Shown: positions 1-9,209 of the stretch, in pieces
Layout: every line of letters starts with the position of its first letter
Position numbering within the stretch: the stretch's first letter is position 1
Assembly: GCA_020059605.1 (NCBI GenBank)
Contig: JAGVBT010000069.1
Coordinates: forward strand, 11,715 to 75,714
Source of the DNA: Deltaproteobacteria bacterium
GTDB lineage: Bacteria; Desulfobacterota; BSN033; UBA1163
Length of the DNA stretch: 64,000 nucleotides
Direction: 5' to 3'
Translations under genes and position numbers: made by a program
The notes under the pieces: model-generated
Told to the model about the DNA's origin: nothing
Databases searched by the model: none
What the model saw: the letters and a program-made list of their open reading frames with translations, nothing else

Positions 1-275
1 GAAAAGGCCCAAAAGAGATTGAAAACGCCGTGGTGGAATTGAAAAAAGGGGGGCTGAGCCCGATCGTGAAAATAGATGGAGATTACTACATTTTCCACCT
101 GGATGAGAGGACCATTGTCCCCAAGCCTACCTTCCAAAGATTAAGGGATGAGATTATGAACCGGCTGAGGAGTCAAAAACTGATGGATAGAATCGATCGG
201 GAGATTGGGGAATTAAAGAAAAAAATACCGGTTGAAATCTTTGAAGATAAAATGAGACCCGGGGTGAAGCCATAG
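1..275 (+). CDS. Parvulin-type peptidyl-prolyl isomerase, C-terminal fragment (gene begins upstream of the window)
   Basis: Frame is open from nt 3 to the TAG at 273-275. ...ENAVVELKKGGLSPIVKIDGDYYIFHL resembles the last strands of PpiC/SurA/PrsA rotamase domains. The listed ORF 30-275 is only the internal-Met tail. Confidence 0.5.
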   Translation, partial: KGPKEIENAVVELKKGGLSPIVKIDGDYYIFHLDERTIVPKPTFQRLRDEIMNRLRSQKLMDRIDREIGELKKKIPVEIFEDKMRPGVKP

Positions 276-287
276 GGGGGGGTTGAA

Positions 288-1328
288 ATGCGGACCGTTT
301 TTAGAAAAATATCGATTGTCCTTCTGGTGGGGTTCTTTTTTTTAACCGGGGCCCCCTGGGAAGGCCCAAAGGGGGGCGCTTCTGCGGACTCTTCTTTTCA
401 CCCCCCCGTTTTTGTTCTGCTGTATCATCCATGGGAAGAGGGGTTTGAAGACACCTTCAGGGAGCATTGCATCTGGCTCAGGCAGATGGGTTTTGAGACC
501 ATCTCAATCGAAATATTGGTCGACTATATGGAGGGGCGAGCGCCGATTCTTCCTCCCAGACCTTTTCTTCTCACCTTTGACGACGGGACGATCGAAAACT
601 ACGAAATCGTCTATCCCATCCTTCAAGAGTTCGGATACCAGGGCACGGCCTTTGTCATGACAGGTCCCCCCTTTTTTCAATCCACGGACAGGAAGTGGTG
701 GAAAGAGGCGGACCGGAGCAATGTTCTGAGAATTGAAAATCACAGCCATACGCACAGCCTCATCTTTACCGGTCCCAAAATCATTGATTTCTACTCCGGG
801 GAGAATTTCGAAGATTATTTTTTAATCAAGGGGATGGACCGGAGGTTAGGCGCGCCGATTTATGAACTGGATGCCGAATTGGTCCGGTACCGATACACTC
901 CGGACCGCAGGCTGACCGACCGCTGCGTGAATTATGTGGCTCAAAACGGAGGAGAGGCCTTCTTTAAAAGAGAAAACTGGAGAGAAGAGCTTCAGCAGGT
1001 GGTTGAGAATTTCAGAGGAAGCACGGCGGAGAGGGGAAGGTACGAAACGGATGTTCAAAAGGGGTTGAGGATCCAGCGGGAGATTTTCCATTCGAAAAGG
1101 ATGATCGAACAAGCCATCGGACCGGGGAAAAAGGTAGACTATTTCGCCTATCCCTGGGGAATTTATGATGAAGGGTTGATCCGTCAATTGGAAAAAAGCT
1201 ACCGGGGGGCGTTTACGAGCGACTGGGGTGGAAATTTCCCGGGAGATGATCCTTACCGGATCAAGAGGGTTGTCGTCACCTCAGAGATGAACGCAGAAGA
1301 TCTTGCTATTTTTTTACTGGGTGAGTAA
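288..1328 (+). CDS. Polysaccharide deacetylase (NodB homology / CE4 family) with N-terminal membrane anchor
   Basis: 346-aa ORF with a hydrophobic N-terminus (ISIVLLVGFFFLTGA). LLTFDDGTIENYEIVYPILQEFGYQGTAFV is the classic TFDDG NodB block. A His-rich ENHSHTHS block follows. Confidence 0.8.
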   Translation: MRTVFRKISIVLLVGFFFLTGAPWEGPKGGASADSSFHPPVFVLLYHPWEEGFEDTFREHCIWLRQMGFETISIEILVDYMEGRAPILPPRPFLLTFDDGTIENYEIVYPILQEFGYQGTAFVMTGPPFFQSTDRKWWKEADRSNVLRIENHSHTHSLIFTGPKIIDFYSGENFEDYFLIKGMDRRLGAPIYELDAELVRYRYTPDRRLTDRCVNYVAQNGGEAFFKRENWREELQQVVENFRGSTAERGRYETDVQKGLRIQREIFHSKRMIEQAIGPGKKVDYFAYPWGIYDEGLIRQLEKSYRGAFTSDWGGNFPGDDPYRIKRVVVTSEMNAEDLAIFLLGE

Positions 1329-1331
1329 GCG

Positions 1332-1886
1332 ATGCGACAATCCGTCAAGGATTATTTGGGTCGAATTCTTGAACGGTATTCCATCCAGGGACCTGTCTAT
1401 GAGATCGGCTCCTACCGTGTTGAGGGACAGGAGGAATTTGCGGACTTGCGGCGCTTTTTCCCGGGGAAAGCCTATGTCGGTTGCGATATGAGACCCGGGT
1501 TGGGCGTGGACCGTGTCGAAGATGTTCACTGTCTGAAGATCAAGCGCAACAGCATCGGAACTGTCCTCATCTTCGATACCCTTGAACATGTCGAAAATGT
1601 TCACCGAGCGATGGAGGAGGTCTATCGCGTCCTGAAGCCGGGAGGCATGGTCATTCTGTCATCGGTCATGAATTTTCCCATCCATGATTATCCGAGCGAT
1701 TACTGGAGGTTTACCCCGAAGGCATTTGAGCTTCTGCTCCGGCGGTTCGACGCTTACGAGGTTGAGTTTGACGGCGATCCGGCATTTCCGGAGGGAATTT
1801 ACGGTTTCGGGATCAAAGGAGGGGCCGGAGGTCGATTCAGGAATTTACTCCAGCAATTTCTCAAAATCTTTATCCCCTCTCAATAA
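1332..1886 (+). CDS. Class I SAM-dependent methyltransferase (Methyltransf_11-like)
   Basis: VGCDMRPGLGVDRVEDV...TVLIFDTLEHVENVHRAMEEVYRVLKPGGMVILSS matches SAM-MT motifs. Starts 4 nt after the deacetylase stop. Confidence 0.8.
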   Translation: MRQSVKDYLGRILERYSIQGPVYEIGSYRVEGQEEFADLRRFFPGKAYVGCDMRPGLGVDRVEDVHCLKIKRNSIGTVLIFDTLEHVENVHRAMEEVYRVLKPGGMVILSSVMNFPIHDYPSDYWRFTPKAFELLLRRFDAYEVEFDGDPAFPEGIYGFGIKGGAGGRFRNLLQQFLKIFIPSQ

Positions 1887-3587
1887 TTCAAAGTCCCTGT
1901 CTCCCCTTGCTTTCTCTTTATAGATCCGATGGAGCGAGATTCCCTGCTTTAAATATTTCAGGGCCTTTTCTTTCTCATTTTGATTGGCGTAAACACAACT
2001 CATGTTATAGTATGCCGTGGCGAATTGTGGATCTATCTCCGCGGCCCTCTGAAACAGGTCGAGCGCCTTTTCATTCTCTCCCTTTCGAAAATAGCCGCCG
2101 CCCAGGAGATTTAAGACAAATTTGACATTCGTTTTATTCTTGATGTGGGCGCTGAGCTCCAGTGCGATCTCCCCCTCCCGGATCGCGTCATCAATCAGCC
2201 CTCGATTAAAATAAGCCCTTCCCAGGTTATGGCGAACCCTCATCTTTTGGGGGGATTTTTTTGCCGTATCGCTCCACACGGTTAACTCGTCCTTGAAAAC
2301 ATCATTTCTGTGAAGGGTGACATGGGAGTAAAAGATCAGGGGGAGGCAAGAGAGGCCGAGGACCACTCCCAAGCTTAACTTCAGAGAAAGAAATTTTCTA
2401 AAAACGTTGAATAAATAATGCACGGCCAGCCCGAGAAGAAAGGCGTAGGAGAGGAGAGGAAGATAGAGCCTGTACTCCACCATAATATCCCAGATGGGAA
2501 TCACGCTCGATGTGGGGGCCAGAACAACAAAAAACCAGAGGATTGAAAATGAAACCAATCGATTCTTCCTGATCAAAAAGAGGGCAAGAAAAAGAAGAAG
2601 AACAATGAGAGCGGCAGAGATATAGGTTGGATATTCAAACAGGGATCTGGACACCGGAAAGTCATGGTCGATGTTCAGCCACCCCGGCAACGGAAGGAAA
2701 AGGAGCTTCATATATTGGAGGATCACGTTCGATTGGGTGAGCAGGTTCTCCCAGGGGGTCCATCGCCATCCTTCGGCCCTCCCCATAAATTGATACAACA
2801 GTCCCCCCCTCAAGAAGAAAGCGATATAGACCGTCACCCCGAGGAGAAGGGGGAGGTATATTTTTAATCTTTTTATAATGTCCTCTCCTGTTTTACAAAG
2901 AAATAGAAAATCAAAAAGGGCGAGAATAAGGGGCAGGGTGAAACCGATCTCTTTCGAAAAGATCGAACCCAGAAAGGAGAATCCTGTCCCGGTTAAACAG
3001 AGCCACCTTTTTATTCCTTTGTTTAACGCTCCCTTGATAAATAGAAAAAAACCGAGAAGATAGAAAAAGGCGGACATCCCTTCGTTTCTCTGGACAATAT
3101 AGGCGACGGTGTTGACCTGGATCGGGTGGGCAATGAAAATCATGGCGGTAAAAAGGGATAAGAAGACAATTTTTTTGTCCTCGAAGTCCGAGCTTTTGTC
3201 AATGGAATTTTCTTTTTTATGCAATGTTAACCGGAAGAGGTCTCTTGCGATGAAATAGACCAGGAAACCGGACAGCAGGTGAAGGATTAAGTTGACAAGA
3301 TGATAGCCGAAGACGTTGAGCTGATGAACATGGTAATTCAGAGCAAAAGAATAAGTAGGTAATATCCTGAACCAGCTCTGATGGGTCCCTAAGCCCTTGA
3401 GAAAAAGGGGGATGTCCATTGGGTTGCGGGTATAGGGATTTTCAACAATATTGGGCAGGTCGTCGAAAAAGAAGTGGTTGTTCAGTGAATGGATATACAG
3501 ACCAACGGTCAGTACGGATAGGCACACAAGAGGGATCAGATAGGATTTCATTTTCCGGTTCATAGTCAAATGAAACGATTTTTTCAT
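1845..3587 (-). CDS. GT-C-type membrane glycosyltransferase, TMTC/PMT_2-like, with C-terminal TPR repeats
   Basis: 580 aa and about 10 hydrophobic segments. An acidic first-loop motif FFFDDLPNIVENPY follows TM1. The C-terminal 150 aa are TPR-like (NLGRAYFNRGLIDDAIREGEIAL; AEIDPQFATAYYNMSCVYANQNEKEKALKYL). ATGA overlap with the upstream gene at 3584-3587. Confidence 0.65.
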   Translation of the reverse strand: MKKSFHLTMNRKMKSYLIPLVCLSVLTVGLYIHSLNNHFFFDDLPNIVENPYTRNPMDIPLFLKGLGTHQSWFRILPTYSFALNYHVHQLNVFGYHLVNLILHLLSGFLVYFIARDLFRLTLHKKENSIDKSSDFEDKKIVFLSLFTAMIFIAHPIQVNTVAYIVQRNEGMSAFFYLLGFFLFIKGALNKGIKRWLCLTGTGFSFLGSIFSKEIGFTLPLILALFDFLFLCKTGEDIIKRLKIYLPLLLGVTVYIAFFLRGGLLYQFMGRAEGWRWTPWENLLTQSNVILQYMKLLFLPLPGWLNIDHDFPVSRSLFEYPTYISAALIVLLLFLALFLIRKNRLVSFSILWFFVVLAPTSSVIPIWDIMVEYRLYLPLLSYAFLLGLAVHYLFNVFRKFLSLKLSLGVVLGLSCLPLIFYSHVTLHRNDVFKDELTVWSDTAKKSPQKMRVRHNLGRAYFNRGLIDDAIREGEIALELSAHIKNKTNVKFVLNLLGGGYFRKGENEKALDLFQRAAEIDPQFATAYYNMSCVYANQNEKEKALKYLKQGISLHRIYKEKARGDRDFELLRGDKDFEKLLE

Positions 3588-3958
3588 TTGGAGCCGGGTG
3601 GTGGGAGCTCAAGGTCTTCCACCCTTTTTTTCAGCAAGACCAGCTCCTGGGTGAGCCGCTTGTTTTTTTCGGAGAGGTTTGAAACCGCAATCGTCATTCC
3701 AAGGGAAATGATGACCAGAAAGAGAAACGCGGCAAGGAACAGGGCATTGGAGGCGACGAGGAAACCGAAGAATTGGGCGATGGGGGTCAGATAATCAAGC
3801 TCCAGGGAAAGGATCAAAAAGATTCCCCCGGTGATCAGCCAGAGAAGGGAGTATCGCTCTTTCAGGTTTTTGCGGCGGATCAGTTCAATGATGACAAGCA
3901 GGAGGAGGATGGAAGCGATGACGGCCCATAGTTGAATTCGACTCGAAAACATGGTCAT
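3584..3958 (-). CDS. DUF2304-family small membrane protein (usual partner of polyprenyl-phosphate GT2 enzymes)
   Basis: 124 aa with 3-4 TM segments. LLLLVIIELIRRKNLKERYSLLWLITG is typical of DUF2304. ATGA overlaps at both ends (3955-3958 and 3584-3587). Confidence 0.6.
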   Translation of the reverse strand: MTMFSSRIQLWAVIASILLLLVIIELIRRKNLKERYSLLWLITGGIFLILSLELDYLTPIAQFFGFLVASNALFLAAFLFLVIISLGMTIAVSNLSEKNKRLTQELVLLKKRVEDLELPPPGSK

Positions 3959-4647
3959 CTCCTTTTTAACATGCCGATGATCATCGAGAGGGTGACTTTG
4001 AGCATGTAGTAAACGGATCGCAGGAGATTAATCGATGAAATTCCGCCCTGCCGGTCCCTCATCCTGACGGGTATTTCCTTAAAAAGGATCTTATGGTTGT
4101 GAAGAAGCACGAGCGATTCGGCCTCCGGGTAGTCCGAAGGATAGTCCTCTGCCAGGAGAGCGACGGCCTTGCGGTTGTAGGCCCGGAACCCGGACGTGGG
4201 ATCAGTGACCTTCTTCCCGGTCAATGCCGAATTGAGGACCGAAAAGAATCGGATGCCGGCACGCCGCAGGATGGAAGACTGAAAGCCCCCGGCCTCAAGA
4301 TATCGCGATCCGATGATCACATCGGCTTCCCCCTTGAGGATCGGGGCGATCAAATCCGGGATATGTTCGGGATCATGCTGGCCATCGCCGTCGACCTGGA
4401 CCGCGAGGTCGTAGCCGTTTCTCAAGGCATAGAGAAAGCCGGTCTGCATGGTTGCCCCGATCCCCATATTATAAGGGTGCTCCAGCAACAGGGCCTTTTC
4501 CTCCCTGGCGATGGCTCCTGTGAAATCGGTGGACCCATCGTTCACGACCAGAATGTCAGCCCGGGCCAGGTGGCTCCGAATCTCCCGGATGACCGCCGGG
4601 AGGGATTCGGCTTCATTATAGGCCGGAATGATCACAAGGATTTTCAT
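3955..4647 (-). CDS. GT2 glycosyltransferase, dolichyl/polyprenyl-phosphate sugar synthase-like (DPM1/GtrB type)
   Basis: MKILVIIPAYNEAESLPAVI...ILVVNDGSTDFT...VQVDGDGQHDP are GT2 DxD-type blocks. I place the start at ATG 4647 (Met21 of the listed ORF 3955-4707), because the first 20 codons lack homology-like sequence. Confidence 0.85.
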   Translation of the reverse strand: MKILVIIPAYNEAESLPAVIREIRSHLARADILVVNDGSTDFTGAIAREEKALLLEHPYNMGIGATMQTGFLYALRNGYDLAVQVDGDGQHDPEHIPDLIAPILKGEADVIIGSRYLEAGGFQSSILRRAGIRFFSVLNSALTGKKVTDPTSGFRAYNRKAVALLAEDYPSDYPEAESLVLLHNHKILFKEIPVRMRDRQGGISSINLLRSVYYMLKVTLSMIIGMLKRR

Positions 4648-4721
4648 CTGCCTATCCATATCCCGTAGTGCAGGTCCTCGTACGCGCATGCGTTGACGCA
4701 ACCGCATCTACGAACCCTGCT

Positions 4722-4753
4722 ACGGACATAAAGCCCTACACTACAAGTCATAT
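4722..4753. repeat. 32-nt motif ACGGRCATAAAGCCCTACACTACARGTCATAT, copy 1 of 2
   Basis: 30 of 32 nt identical to 54844-54875. Both copies sit in non-coding DNA beside a TA cassette and are followed by T-rich runs on the + strand. Confidence 0.7.
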
Positions 4754-5018
4754 GTCTCGCCTTTTTCAGTTTTTTTGTTTATCTCGTTTGTCTAATTTTG
4801 TATTCCATTGTTCTCTTTAAACCTTTTTCAAAACCTGTTTTTGCCCTAACCCCCAATTTCCTCTCAGGCCGGTTGACGTTACGTTTCCGTCAATGGTTCT
4901 GTGGTTGAAAGCGTTAGGATCGTTAAATTGGTTAAGGCCGGTTTGAAGGTTAGGAAAGAAATTCGCATAAAATGACAAAGGAAACTCTCGGGGTCACCCA
5001 TCCGCTGTCGCTATTCCG

Positions 5019-5432
5019 TTATTGAACGGCTTGCAAAATCTCTCGCTTAAATATCTCAAAGTCATTCAAATTATTTTGCAAGACTTCGTAAACGATCATG
5101 TCGTTAATATGCCCATATTCGTGAACCAGAATGTTTCGAAATGCCTTCATTTTTTTAAGAGCTTCGTTTCTTGGTGAAGAGATGATTCCCGCCTGTTCTA
5201 ACTTCTCAAATAAATCATCCTCCTCGGCGGGCAACCCCAGGCGCAGCCCAATGACCACCAAACCACAAATGTCAATAACACATTCAATGGAGACTTGGAG
5301 GAGACGTTCACAGGCACGCCTTTTCTCGATCTTTTTATAATCCTCAAAACTGGAAGGCAGGATCTCACGAATCTCCTTGAGATATCCATCAAGAAGATCC
5401 ATTTTGGCGAGCAGGCGTTCACGATCCAGCAA
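5019..5432 (-). CDS. hepT: HepT (DUF86/HEPN) ribonuclease toxin
   Basis: 137 aa. FRNILVHEYGHIN contains the Rx4HxY HEPN motif. Overlaps the upstream MNT gene by 14 nt. Confidence 0.85.
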   Translation of the reverse strand: MLDRERLLAKMDLLDGYLKEIREILPSSFEDYKKIEKRRACERLLQVSIECVIDICGLVVIGLRLGLPAEEDDLFEKLEQAGIISSPRNEALKKMKAFRNILVHEYGHINDMIVYEVLQNNLNDFEIFKREILQAVQ

Positions 5433-5871
5433 TTCGCACCTCCTCTAAGTAACTGAAATAAAAAGGCCTGAAGTCTTCAAATGCCTGTGCCGTGCGGAGA
5501 GCTAATTCATAAAGGAGCGCTTCATTCCGAACAAATAAAATCCGACCTTCTTTCAATACTCTTCGTCGAACATAAAGAGGAAGTTGTTGGAAAATCTGAA
5601 TATCGAAAGCAAAATCCTTGAGATAATCCAGCCGTTTACGAGAAAGTGCCGTTGGTTCAAAGGATGTGGATGCAGGCCCAAGCAAAAGGCATATATCCAT
5701 GTCCGATAAATGAGTCCGCTCCCCCCTGGCAACGCTCCCAAAGAGGAAGGCGGCCAATACATCCTCATCCTGCCGAATCTTTGTTAGAAGTTTTTCTAAC
5801 CCTGCCTCTTCTTTAAATCTTCTGTCTCCCACAGATACGGCTCCCCTGAAACATATTACATCGTAAAACAT
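5419..5871 (-). CDS. mntA: MNT-type minimal nucleotidyltransferase antitoxin (start uncertain)
   Basis: LFGSVARGERTHLSDMDICLLL is the GSxxRG...DxD NTase motif. The listed ORF runs to 5913. ATG at 5871 or a later start is more likely. Confidence 0.75.
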   Translation of the reverse strand: MFYDVICFRGAVSVGDRRFKEEAGLEKLLTKIRQDEDVLAAFLFGSVARGERTHLSDMDICLLLGPASTSFEPTALSRKRLDYLKDFAFDIQIFQQLPLYVRRRVLKEGRILFVRNEALLYELALRTAQAFEDFRPFYFSYLEEVRIAGS

Positions 5872-5946
5872 GGGTTGCGTGCGAACCCACTTTGCACATT
5901 TAACCCCGGTCAAGTCGCAATGACACTGAAGAATCGCTCAATTTAG

Positions 5947-6104
5947 GTTTACCCCGTTAGAAAGCCCCGCTGCTTGCAGCGGGGATGAGTTAATTCCTTT
6001 TTTAGCGAACACGAGGTTTAACCCGCTGCGCCAGCGCTTGCGCGGCAAGTGCCCCGTGTGAGCCATCCCGTTGGAGCGCCTAAGGCTCTCTAACGGGGTT
6101 TACT
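5947..6104. other. Structured non-coding element: about 20-nt imperfect inverted repeat enclosing GC hairpins
   Basis: GTTTACCCCGTTAGAAAGCC (5947-5966) matches the reverse complement of 6085-6104 (GTAAACCCCGTTAGAGAGCC) at 17 of 20 positions. An internal 8-bp stem CCCCGCTG/CAGCGGGG with a tetraloop lies at 5965-5984. Confidence 0.5.
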
Positions 6105-6175
6105 ATACACCCCATTAGCCTGTTTTTCAACTCCGGACTTCTTTAGACCCTTTCCCAAACCTTTATATACTCACT

Positions 6176-6484
6176 TTACAGATGCCCTGTCAAGAATTGA
6201 GAAGTGAGATCCGAAAAATGCCATGAGATCTCTCGGTTCCACAACTGCCTGCCACAGTCAGGCGTACCCTTCCCTTTTGGAAAATAATTAGCCATTAGGT
6301 AAACCCCCGGCTCTGCCCTGGTTGTACACCACTCTTGAGACTGGGGGTCATGGGCCATCTCTGATCCCGTAATGACATCCACCTGATGCCCCCTTTTCAC
6401 CAGCTCTCTTGAGATACTGGCAATCCAGGCCTCTATCCCACCCTTGGCGGGCCAGAACAGTTCGTAAAACATGGCGATTTTCAT
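6176..6484 (-). pseudogene. Truncated GT4 glycosyltransferase (N-terminal remnant only)
   Basis: MKIAMFYELFWPAKGGIEAWIASISRELVKRGHQVDVITG is a typical GT4 N-terminus. The ORF stops at 102 aa, whereas GT4 enzymes are about 350-420 aa. The native ATGA coupling to the upstream gene is kept at 6481-6484. Confidence 0.6.
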
Positions 6485-8100
6485 CCGGATGTCGTCCTCC
6501 CGCGATGTTCCTCCGTTTCATCCTTCTCAAGCCTCCAGAGGCTCAACTCATCATTTTCGAATATGAGTTCGAGGAACGAAAGGCCGGGCAGCCGGTCGAC
6601 GAAGGATTTCGGGTATCCGCCCGTATGATGAATGTCCTTGTCATCGTAAACCCTCGTCTTTTTTATCAGGATATACCGGATATGATTTTTTTTCAAGGCG
6701 TCCCGGATCATCTCGTCACTTCCCCAAAGGACCTTTCCCAGATCCCAGAAGGTTGTTGTCCAGACGACCCTCCGGTTCGTATATTCCGTCAAATTATACT
6801 CGGGATAAACGATTCTGGCGTCTTCCGGCGTATGCATTTTGATATATCCAATTCCGCGGTCCATCTCCGGTGAGATTTGCCGTTGGGTATAAACATAAAC
6901 AAGCACACTGACAAACTGAATGAGGCAGATGGCCAGAAGGACGGAGACTCCTTTTCGATTTCCCCACGAGGCGAGGGGTTTCGAGGCAACGATACACAAT
7001 AAAGGGGCGATGGGCAGAAGATAACGGATGTCCCCGGAGGGTTTGAAAAAATAGAGGAAGAGCAGGAAATAAAAAAGGATCGGGCCCCAGAGGACGATAT
7101 CCTTTTTCTCAAATCTCCGTCTCATCAAATAGAGGATGAGAAGAAAAGGAAGGCCCAACCCAAAATACTTTACGTTATCTTTGATATTCGTAAAAGAGGA
7201 GTTGTAAACCAAAATGACTTTCCTCCGACTGGAGTCGGGCTGGCCGGCGTCAACCCTCCCCGGATCGGGCTTCCCTACCGCCTTTTCCTTCGGGTCGGGC
7301 CTTATCCCCTCGGCCTTCTTCTGGGCAGATTTTTTTTCTCCGGGAGATAGCGCGATTTTAATATCCCTGGACCTTTCATATCCTCGGTAGACGATATTTC
7401 GCATAATATTTTTAAGGCTTCCGATGTGGCTTTCCGTGCCGAAATGAGTTTCCCTCCAGTAGAGGTCGGGAATGATGATGAGCATGGAGGCCAGGGAGAA
7501 GGCGAGAATCTTTAAAAGCCATCTGTTCCTATAATTTAGATAGAAAATGACCCCGACAAAGGGGAAGAAGAAGAAAAAGCCGTTAAATTTAGTGAAACAC
7601 ATCAAGCCGAAACCAAGACCTGCCCCGAGATGCCTCTTCTTCAGGATCAGGAGAAGTGTGAGGGCGGTGAGCGCAGTGAGCGGCATATCGACATAGAAGA
7701 GAATGGAGAAACTGATGATCATCGGAACCGTGCCGGCCAGGATTAAGGAATAATGGGCTTCCCTTTCTCCATAGAGCTCTTTTCCCAGGAAATAGGCGGC
7801 AACAAGCAAAAGGACAAAATAAAGAGCATGGTAAACCTGGGCGACGGCAAAGGACACCCCCCCGGCAACGGTCCAGAGGAAAGCCAAGCACAGATGCCAC
7901 AGGGGAGGGATCTGATAATGGGTTTGCAGGGTAAAGCCCTTTCCGAAGAACGGGTCATAGGTGACGCGTTCCCCTGTTCGGTAGATATCTCTTGCAAAAC
8001 GGAAGTGATAGATCTCATCGCCCAAATAAAGATCGGACAAAAGACCCACGGCGATGATTCCGATGGAGCAGGAGAGAAGGATCCATAACGTTTTTTTCAT
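6481..8100 (-). CDS. GT-C / PMT_2 (GT39/ArnT-like) multi-pass membrane glycosyltransferase
   Basis: 539 aa and more than 10 hydrophobic segments. First-loop acidic motif LGDEIYHFRFARDIY. A charged low-complexity loop lies mid-protein. Clear paralog of 9176-10678. Confidence 0.65.
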   Translation of the reverse strand: MKKTLWILLSCSIGIIAVGLLSDLYLGDEIYHFRFARDIYRTGERVTYDPFFGKGFTLQTHYQIPPLWHLCLAFLWTVAGGVSFAVAQVYHALYFVLLLVAAYFLGKELYGEREAHYSLILAGTVPMIISFSILFYVDMPLTALTALTLLLILKKRHLGAGLGFGLMCFTKFNGFFFFFPFVGVIFYLNYRNRWLLKILAFSLASMLIIIPDLYWRETHFGTESHIGSLKNIMRNIVYRGYERSRDIKIALSPGEKKSAQKKAEGIRPDPKEKAVGKPDPGRVDAGQPDSSRRKVILVYNSSFTNIKDNVKYFGLGLPFLLILYLMRRRFEKKDIVLWGPILFYFLLFLYFFKPSGDIRYLLPIAPLLCIVASKPLASWGNRKGVSVLLAICLIQFVSVLVYVYTQRQISPEMDRGIGYIKMHTPEDARIVYPEYNLTEYTNRRVVWTTTFWDLGKVLWGSDEMIRDALKKNHIRYILIKKTRVYDDKDIHHTGGYPKSFVDRLPGLSFLELIFENDELSLWRLEKDETEEHRGRTTSG

Positions 8101-8153
8101 TCTTCGTTCCTGGCGCGGGCAGTCCTCCTTTTCAACGGGGAAAGCCGCCTTAT

Positions 8154-9209
8154 CTATTCTTTAAACGTTAAAGCCTTTGTAGAAATCCCAAACCGGTTTA
8201 ATAGCAAATAAGCTTTTTTACGGTCCAGTCCCCTGCGCCGTCCCAACTCGGATCGTTTCTTCAGGATGAGGGGGAGGCGCCTGAGAACCGAGAAATAGAC
8301 CTTTATCATAATTTTTAAGAGCTGAGATTTCGAGTATTCCCGGGTAAAGCTCCCGGCCGCCCCTCTCCCCGTGAATACGAGATAAATATTGAAGAGGTAC
8401 CTCCACAGGGTATAGGCCTGGCCGGCAAAGAGCAATGGGACTGGGAAATTTTTAAGGGCCACCCAGATTCGGTTTCTCTCAACTAAAAAGGCTTTAAACG
8501 GCGAGAAGGTTCCCGTACTGGAGGAATGGAGGTGGTAGACCACGGCTTGAGGGTTGTAAATGCATTTCCATCCGGTCAACCGGGCCCTCCAGCCCAGGTC
8601 CGTATCCTCCGCATAGGCAAAAAAATCTTCATCATAAAGGCCGATCTCCTCTATCATCTCCCGGCGGAAGAGCCCGGCGCAACCGCTTGCGCAGAAGACC
8701 TCGGTTTCTTCATCGTACTGTTCCGCTTGCTCCATTCTTCCCCTGCCGATGGAAAGTCCGTCCGGATAGACGACGATCCCCGCCGCATCGATCAGATTGT
8801 TCTGATGATCGAGGAGAATTTTGGGAGCGCCGGCTCCATACCTCCGGTCTCTTTCGAGCGACTGCATCAAAAACTCAAGGCATTTTAAATCCAAACGGGT
8901 GTCGTTATTCAAGATCATGATGTATCGTCCCTTGGAGGCTTTGATCCCCAGATTGTTTCCCCCTCCGAAACCGAGGTTTTTTTCGTTGAGGATCAACCGG
9001 ACCAGGGGAAAACGATTTCGGATCAAATCAGGGGAACCATCTTCCGAAGCATTGTCCACGACGATGACTTCGAGAGGTTGGTAGGTTTGGCGGAGGATCG
9101 ATTCCAGGCATGACTCGATGACCGGGAGACCATTCCAGTTGAGGACGACCACGCTGATCAGAGGCACAAAATCGTTCAAACTCCCCTCTCTTCCTCCCGG
9201 AGTTTCCAC
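8154..9209 (-). CDS. GT2 family glycosyltransferase
   Basis: ISVVVLNWNGLPVIESCLESILRQTYQPLEVIVVDNASEDGS...ILNNDT. The listed start at 9209 is GTG. A TTG at 9179 forms a TTGA overlap with the upstream stop and is an alternative start. Confidence 0.85.
   Translation of the reverse strand: METPGGREGSLNDFVPLISVVVLNWNGLPVIESCLESILRQTYQPLEVIVVDNASEDGSPDLIRNRFPLVRLILNEKNLGFGGGNNLGIKASKGRYIMILNNDTRLDLKCLEFLMQSLERDRRYGAGAPKILLDHQNNLIDAAGIVVYPDGLSIGRGRMEQAEQYDEETEVFCASGCAGLFRREMIEEIGLYDEDFFAYAEDTDLGWRARLTGWKCIYNPQAVVYHLHSSSTGTFSPFKAFLVERNRIWVALKNFPVPLLFAGQAYTLWRYLFNIYLVFTGRGAAGSFTREYSKSQLLKIMIKVYFSVLRRLPLILKKRSELGRRRGLDRKKAYLLLNRFGISTKALTFKE

Noticed and set aside
5947-6104. Possible degenerate CRISPR repeats or a retron-type ncRNA (repeated GTTTACCCCGTTAGA-like units with hairpins).
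   Set aside because: There are only two or three units, in inverted and not direct orientation. There are no regular spacers, and no cas or reverse-transcriptase gene is nearby.
6348-6873. ORFs 6348-6530 and 6409-6873 overlapping the GT4 remnant and the GT-C 3' end.
   Set aside because: They are alternative or antisense frames of recognisable genes, rich in Arg and Pro, with no independent support.
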